This document shows positions 59,577-64,000 of a stretch of DNA of 64,000 bases, one piece after another. This DNA is from an uncultured Clostridia bacterium (lineage in GTDB: Bacteria; Bacillota; Dehalobacteriia; UBA4068), in contig CALYAP010000029.1 in the NCBI GenBank assembly GCA_944393575.1, forward strand, positions 1,987 through 65,986. The letters are read 5' to 3'. The stretch's first letter is position 1. Each line of letters begins with the position of its first letter. The translations under genes and the position numbers were made by a program. Below the pieces are notes generated by a model that was not told the DNA's origin, did not search any database, and saw only the letters and a list, made by a program, of their open reading frames with translations.

Positions 59577-59763
59577 AATAGTTATAAGCGGACCGAGGCC
59601 GCCTGAGCAGTGCTTGCCCCGGGAGCTAAATAGCGGAGAGACTATGTCCTTCCGGCGCGTCTGGATTATGGAAAGGAGAGACAAGCGGAGCCAGATCTCG
59701 GCTTGATCCCAGACCCTGCGCCGGATTCCGATATTTAGCTGCCGGAGTGATGCTGTAACTATT
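59577..59763 (+). ncRNA. Candidate structured RNA in the PFOR leader (unclassified)
   Basis: Nested complementary arms 59577-59586/59754-59763, 59619-59637/59727-59745, 59651-59664/59709-59725. Confidence 0.4.
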
Positions 59764-59796
59764 AAAGCAAAATTTCGTGAGGAGGTTTAATAGTCT

Positions 59797-62700
59797 ATGG
59801 CGAAAAAGATGAAAACAATGGACGGAAATAAAGCCGCAGCTTATGTGTCCTATGCTTTTACTGAAGTAGCGGCTATTTATCCGATTACCCCTAGTTCACC
59901 AATGGCTGAAAGCGTGGACGAATGGGCTGCCCAGGGGCAAAAGAATATTTTTGGCCGCGAGGTTAAGGTCATTGAGATGCAGTCCGAGGCCGGCGCTGCC
60001 GGCGCGGTACACGGCTCGCTTTCCGCGGGCTCTCTGACTACCACCTATACCGCTTCCCAAGGCCTACTGCTGATGATACCTAATATGTATAAGATCGCCG
60101 GCGAGCTGCTGCCGGGCGTGATGCATGTTTCTGCCCGTTCCTTGGCAACACATGCTTTGAATATCTTCGGTGATCATTCCGATGTCATGGCCTGCGCCAA
60201 TACTGGCTATGCCATGCTCTGCTCCGGCTCTGTCCAAGAGGTAATGGATCTGGGCGGCGTGGCTCACTTATCTGCTATCAAAGCCCGCGTGCCGTTCCTC
60301 CATTTCTTCGACGGCTTCCGCACCAGCCATGAGCAGCAGAAGATCGAGGTCATGGATTACGCGGAGTTTGACCGCCTGCTCGACCGCGAGGCTTTGCAGG
60401 AATTCCGCAACCGCGCGCTCAATCCTGAGCACCCGGTGATCCGCGGCACCAATCAGAATCCGGATATCTTCTTCCAGGCCCGTGAGGCTTGCAATCCTTT
60501 CTTTGCCGCTGTGCCGGAAATCGTTGCCGGCTATCTGGCGGAGATCAGCAAAATCACTGGGCGTGATTATCAGCTGTTCAATTATTATGGAGCTCCTGAT
60601 GCCGAACGGGTCGTCGTTGCCATGGGCTCGGTCTGCGATACCATCGAGACCGTTGTCGATGAGCTGATGGCCAAGGGCGAGAAAGTCGGTATGGTCAAGG
60701 TTCGTCTCTACCGTCCTTTTGCTACCCAGTATTTCCTGGACTGCCTGCCTAAGACCGTCAAACGCATCGCAGTGATGGACCGCGTGAAAACCCCCGGCGC
60801 TCCTGGCGAGCCGCTGTTTATGGACGTGATGTCCGCTTTCTACGGCAGCGCCAATGCTCCGCTGGTAATCGGCGGCCGCTATGGTCTGGGTTCCAAGGAT
60901 ACTATCCCTGCCGATATCGAGGCTGTCTTCACCAATTTGGCGGCTGACCAGCCTAAGCATAATTTCACCATCTCCATCGTGGATGATGTGACCAATCTCT
61001 CGCTGCCCCGCCCGAAGATTCACGATATCCTGCCCAAGGGCACGATTCAGTGCAAATTCTGGGGTCTGGGCTCTGACGGTACGGTTGGCGCCAACAAGCA
61101 GGCTGTTGATATTATCGGTACTCATACTGATATGCACGCACAGGCTTATTTTGATTATGATAGTAAAAAATCCGGCGGTCTGACCATCTCCCATCTGCGT
61201 TTTGGCAATAAGGAGATCAAAGCCCCGTATCTGATCAACCAGGCGGATTTCATCTCCTGCTCCAATCAGAGCTATATGTATAAATACAATCTGCTCGACG
61301 GTCTCAAGGATGGCGGCACCTTCCTCTTCAATACCACGATGAGCCCGGAAGAGCTGGCCGAGAAAATGCCGGCTGCCATGAAGCGCACCTTGGCTGAAAA
61401 ACAGGCTAAGTTCTATATCATCGATGCCGTCAATATCGCCAAGGATTTAGGCCTGGGCAATCATACTAATATGATCATGCAGGCTGCTTTCTTCAAACTG
61501 ACCGGCGTTATCCCTGAGGATACCGCAGTCAGCGCCCTCTATGAGAGCATTGAGCACTCCTATGGCCGCAAGGGTAAGAAAGTAGTTAATATGAATAAAG
61601 AAGCGGTTACTGCCGGTATGAGCAGCTTCCGCGAGGTAGCTGTTCCCGCTGAGTGGGCCACTGCTGCTGATGATGCTGACCAGAGCAAGGATAAAAGCGC
61701 TTTCGTCCGCGAAGTGCTGCGGCCGATGGCCGCCAACCGCGGTAACGATCTGCCGGTCTCGGCCTTCAGCGGCCGCGAGGACGGTACCTTCCCCTCTGGC
61801 GGTTCGCAGTATGAAAAACGCGGCGTAGCTTCCTTTGTTCCCCGCTGGATCAAAGAGAACTGCATCCAGTGCAACCAGTGCTCGCTGGTCTGCCCGCATG
61901 CCTCTATCCGTCCGATCATCATTGAGGATGGCGCGGATAAGCCCGATACCTTCGCTACGGTCAAGGCCAATGGCAAGGATTTCGCCGGCAAACAATTCCG
62001 GATGCAGGTCAGCCCTTATGATTGCCAGGGCTGCGGCGTCTGCGTCAATGTCTGCCCAGCTAAGGAAAAGGCCCTGGAGATGGATACCTTTGCTAATCAG
62101 GAGCATGAAGCTGCCAACTGGGATTTCGCCATGCAGCAGCCGGAGATCGAGATCGCTCCTACCAATATCAAGAACAGTCAGTTCCGCCGTCCGTTGCTGG
62201 AGTTCTCCGGCGCCTGTGCCGGTTGCGGCGAGACTCCTTATGCCAAGCTGGTCACCCAGCTCTATGGTGACCGTATGCTGGTGGCCAATGCTACCGGTTG
62301 CTCCTCCATCTGGGGCGCGGCAGTTCCGGCGATGCCTTACTGCAAAAATGCCAAGGGCCAAGGTCCGGCTTGGAGCAACAGCTTGTTTGAGGACTGCGCT
62401 GAGTTCGGCTTCGGTATGTTGCTGGGCGCCGGCGAACAGCGCGAGCAACTGAAGGGCATTGTGGAGCAGGCCCTAGCTGGTAAGTGCGAGAGCGAAAATA
62501 ATGAAGTGCGCGCTGCCCTGCAAGAGTGGCTCGATAACTATGCTGATGGTGAGGGATCCAAGGCCGCTACCGCTAAGCTGCTGCCATTGCTGGAAGCCAG
62601 CGATTGCCCCACTGCCAAAGAGATTTTGCGGCGCAAAGATCATTTGGTCAAGAAGAGCGTTTGGGCCTTTGGCGGCGATGGCTGGGCTTATGATATCGGT

Positions 62701-63303
62701 TACGGCGGCGTGGATCATGTTCTGGCCTCTGGTGAAGATATCAATCTGCTGGTCTTTGATACCGAGGTTTATTCCAATACCGGCGGTCAGAGCTCCAAAG
62801 CTACCCCGGCAGCGGCGATCGCCAAATTTGCCGCCTCTGGTAAAAAGGTCAAGAAAAAAGACCTGGGCCGGATGGCGATGAGCTATGGCTATGTTTATGT
62901 GGCACAGATCGCTATGGGTGCGGATATGAATCAGACCCTGAAGGCGATCCGCGAGGCCGAGGCTTATCCGGGACCATCGCTGATTATCGCCTATGCCACC
63001 TGCATCAACCACGGTGTTAAAACCGGCATGAGCACTGCCCAGCAGCAGATGAAAAAGGCTGTCCAGTGTGGTTATTGGCATCTCTACCGCTTTGACCCAC
63101 GTCGTAAAGAGGCGGGCGAAAATCCGTTTATTTTGGATAGCAAAGAGCCTGATTTGAGCCTCTTCCGCGATTTTATCATGGGCGAGGTGCGTTATAACTC
63201 CCTGCTCAAGCAGAATCCAGAGCATGCAGAAGCTCTCTTCGAGAAGACCGAGCAGGATGCAAGAGACCGTCTGGAAAGCTACTTGCAACTGGCCAGGGGC
63301 TAA
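59797..63303 (+). CDS. nifJ: Pyruvate:ferredoxin (flavodoxin) oxidoreductase
   Basis: YPITPS, QSEAGAAG, FDGFRTSH, GLGSDGTVG, two 4Fe-4S motifs, GACAGCGE, GGDGWAYDIG. Confidence 0.97.
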   Translation: MAKKMKTMDGNKAAAYVSYAFTEVAAIYPITPSSPMAESVDEWAAQGQKNIFGREVKVIEMQSEAGAAGAVHGSLSAGSLTTTYTASQGLLLMIPNMYKIAGELLPGVMHVSARSLATHALNIFGDHSDVMACANTGYAMLCSGSVQEVMDLGGVAHLSAIKARVPFLHFFDGFRTSHEQQKIEVMDYAEFDRLLDREALQEFRNRALNPEHPVIRGTNQNPDIFFQAREACNPFFAAVPEIVAGYLAEISKITGRDYQLFNYYGAPDAERVVVAMGSVCDTIETVVDELMAKGEKVGMVKVRLYRPFATQYFLDCLPKTVKRIAVMDRVKTPGAPGEPLFMDVMSAFYGSANAPLVIGGRYGLGSKDTIPADIEAVFTNLAADQPKHNFTISIVDDVTNLSLPRPKIHDILPKGTIQCKFWGLGSDGTVGANKQAVDIIGTHTDMHAQAYFDYDSKKSGGLTISHLRFGNKEIKAPYLINQADFISCSNQSYMYKYNLLDGLKDGGTFLFNTTMSPEELAEKMPAAMKRTLAEKQAKFYIIDAVNIAKDLGLGNHTNMIMQAAFFKLTGVIPEDTAVSALYESIEHSYGRKGKKVVNMNKEAVTAGMSSFREVAVPAEWATAADDADQSKDKSAFVREVLRPMAANRGNDLPVSAFSGREDGTFPSGGSQYEKRGVASFVPRWIKENCIQCNQCSLVCPHASIRPIIIEDGADKPDTFATVKANGKDFAGKQFRMQVSPYDCQGCGVCVNVCPAKEKALEMDTFANQEHEAANWDFAMQQPEIEIAPTNIKNSQFRRPLLEFSGACAGCGETPYAKLVTQLYGDRMLVANATGCSSIWGAAVPAMPYCKNAKGQGPAWSNSLFEDCAEFGFGMLLGAGEQREQLKGIVEQALAGKCESENNEVRAALQEWLDNYADGEGSKAATAKLLPLLEASDCPTAKEILRRKDHLVKKSVWAFGGDGWAYDIGYGGVDHVLASGEDINLLVFDTEVYSNTGGQSSKATPAAAIAKFAASGKKVKKKDLGRMAMSYGYVYVAQIAMGADMNQTLKAIREAEAYPGPSLIIAYATCINHGVKTGMSTAQQQMKKAVQCGYWHLYRFDPRRKEAGENPFILDSKEPDLSLFRDFIMGEVRYNSLLKQNPEHAEALFEKTEQDARDRLESYLQLARG

Positions 63304-63413
63304 GCAGCGCTTTGTCTGCCGCTGAAATAGCAGCAGAACGCGCAACTCGATGAAAGAGCCAAAAACAAAGATTGTCAGGCTAAATGCCAAGAACAGCAAA
63401 TATGATAAATAGT

Positions 63414-63447
63414 AAAGAGAAGGAGCATTGCCTCCTTCTCTTTTATT
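63414..63447 (+). terminator. Intrinsic terminator after PFOR
   Basis: AAAGAGAAGGAG-CATTGC-CTCCTTCTCTTT-TATT. Confidence 0.75.
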
Positions 63448-63735
63448 ACTTTCTGTGTTCCGCAGCTAGTCAAATATACTGATATTGAGATAAAAGATAA
63501 GATAAATTACCTCTCTTGAATGGCTAAATATCATCCATCGGTAGAGTAAGAAAAAGGCCGCCATTGTCTAAGCGCATAGCGGCTAAAGCAGAACAAAAAG
63601 GTACTCACATCTTGTGGGGGACGCAAATCCTGCTATTCATACGCTGTTATAATATAAAGGTGGCATAGAGTTGATCTTTATAGCTTAATTATATTATCAG
63701 CAAAGACTAAAATTAAGAAAATTGTTGGCAGATAC

Positions 63736-63764
63736 TTGACTTTAATACGAATTCGTACTATAAT
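63736..63764 (+). promoter_or_regulatory. Near-consensus sigma-A promoter with a palindrome in the spacer
   Basis: TTGACT-17-TATAAT; TACGAATTCGTA at 63746-63757. Confidence 0.75.
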
Positions 63765-63774
63765 AAACTAAGGT

Positions 63775-63978
63775 ACACTCCGTGCCATGTTTGGAGGGTG
63801 ATAGTTTAATCAAAACAGCCCATAGTGAAAGCCGTCATGAGACGGCGTCAGCACTGCCCTGCTGGAACCTGATTTTTTTGCTTGTTCCGCGTAGGGCTTC
63901 CTGTCAGCACTGTCACCCGGGCAAGCATCATGTTTAGCTATGACCGTTGGGGCAGTATGCTCTAACGGCTTTTTGTTT
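63775..63978 (+). ncRNA. Candidate riboswitch/attenuator leader or sRNA ending in a terminator
   Basis: Multi-stem fold closed by GGGTGATAGT/ACTGTCACCC; terminator CCGTTGGGGCA-GTA-TGCTCTAACGG-CTTTTTGTTT. Confidence 0.45.
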
Positions 63979-64000
63979 GCCCATTAATCCAAACAGAAAG

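Noticed and set aside
59660-59690. Moco riboswitch suggested by TGGAAAGGAG
   Set aside because: The other conserved Moco elements were not found and the motif sits inside a different long stem
63601-63640. c-di-GMP-I riboswitch suggested by GGGACGCAAA
   Set aside because: No upstream GGCAAA/GAAA tetraloop stem, and it lies upstream of the promoter
1-64000. Selenoprotein (in-frame UGA) or tRNA-Sec, expected because selA/selB are present
   Set aside because: No selC-like cloverleaf seen, and the recognisable UGA-terminated genes end at normal family lengths; a bSECIS/tRNAscan search would be needed to exclude small cases

Overview
This window spans the chromosomal replication origin of a Bacillota (Clostridia-like) anaerobe that probably forms spores (bofA, Spo0A box) and decodes selenocysteine. 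Left to right: selB (partial) and selA split by an AT-rich DUF3788 gene; a GNAT, a Na+:solute symporter, a ModE-like HTH and rubrerythrin; a small accessory regulatory island (LexA-boxed leaderless zinc-ribbon + RinA-like activator, then three XRE/Cro-type HTH genes); a queuosine-precursor transporter; parB-parA with three parS sites; rsmG-mnmG-mnmE-jag-yidC-yidD-rnpA-rpmH; and dnaA. The dnaN-recF-DUF523 block is inverted relative to dnaA and carries the DNA-unwinding element. Then come ABC transporters, an orphan arcA with a PaaK/CapK-like ligase, a separate dense DnaA-box cluster, a ytrA operon, pdxRST, a divergent murT/gatD pair whose GatD lacks the catalytic Cys and His, mscS, a small alarmone synthetase-TCS operon, a dnaX-ybaB-recR-mscL block inverted relative to bofA, proBA, and pyruvate:ferredoxin oxidoreductase. 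Two long structured leaders were not matched to any RNA family I recognise. No rRNA, tRNA, CRISPR array, transposase or integrase was seen. Calls come from reading motifs by eye; no database search was run.
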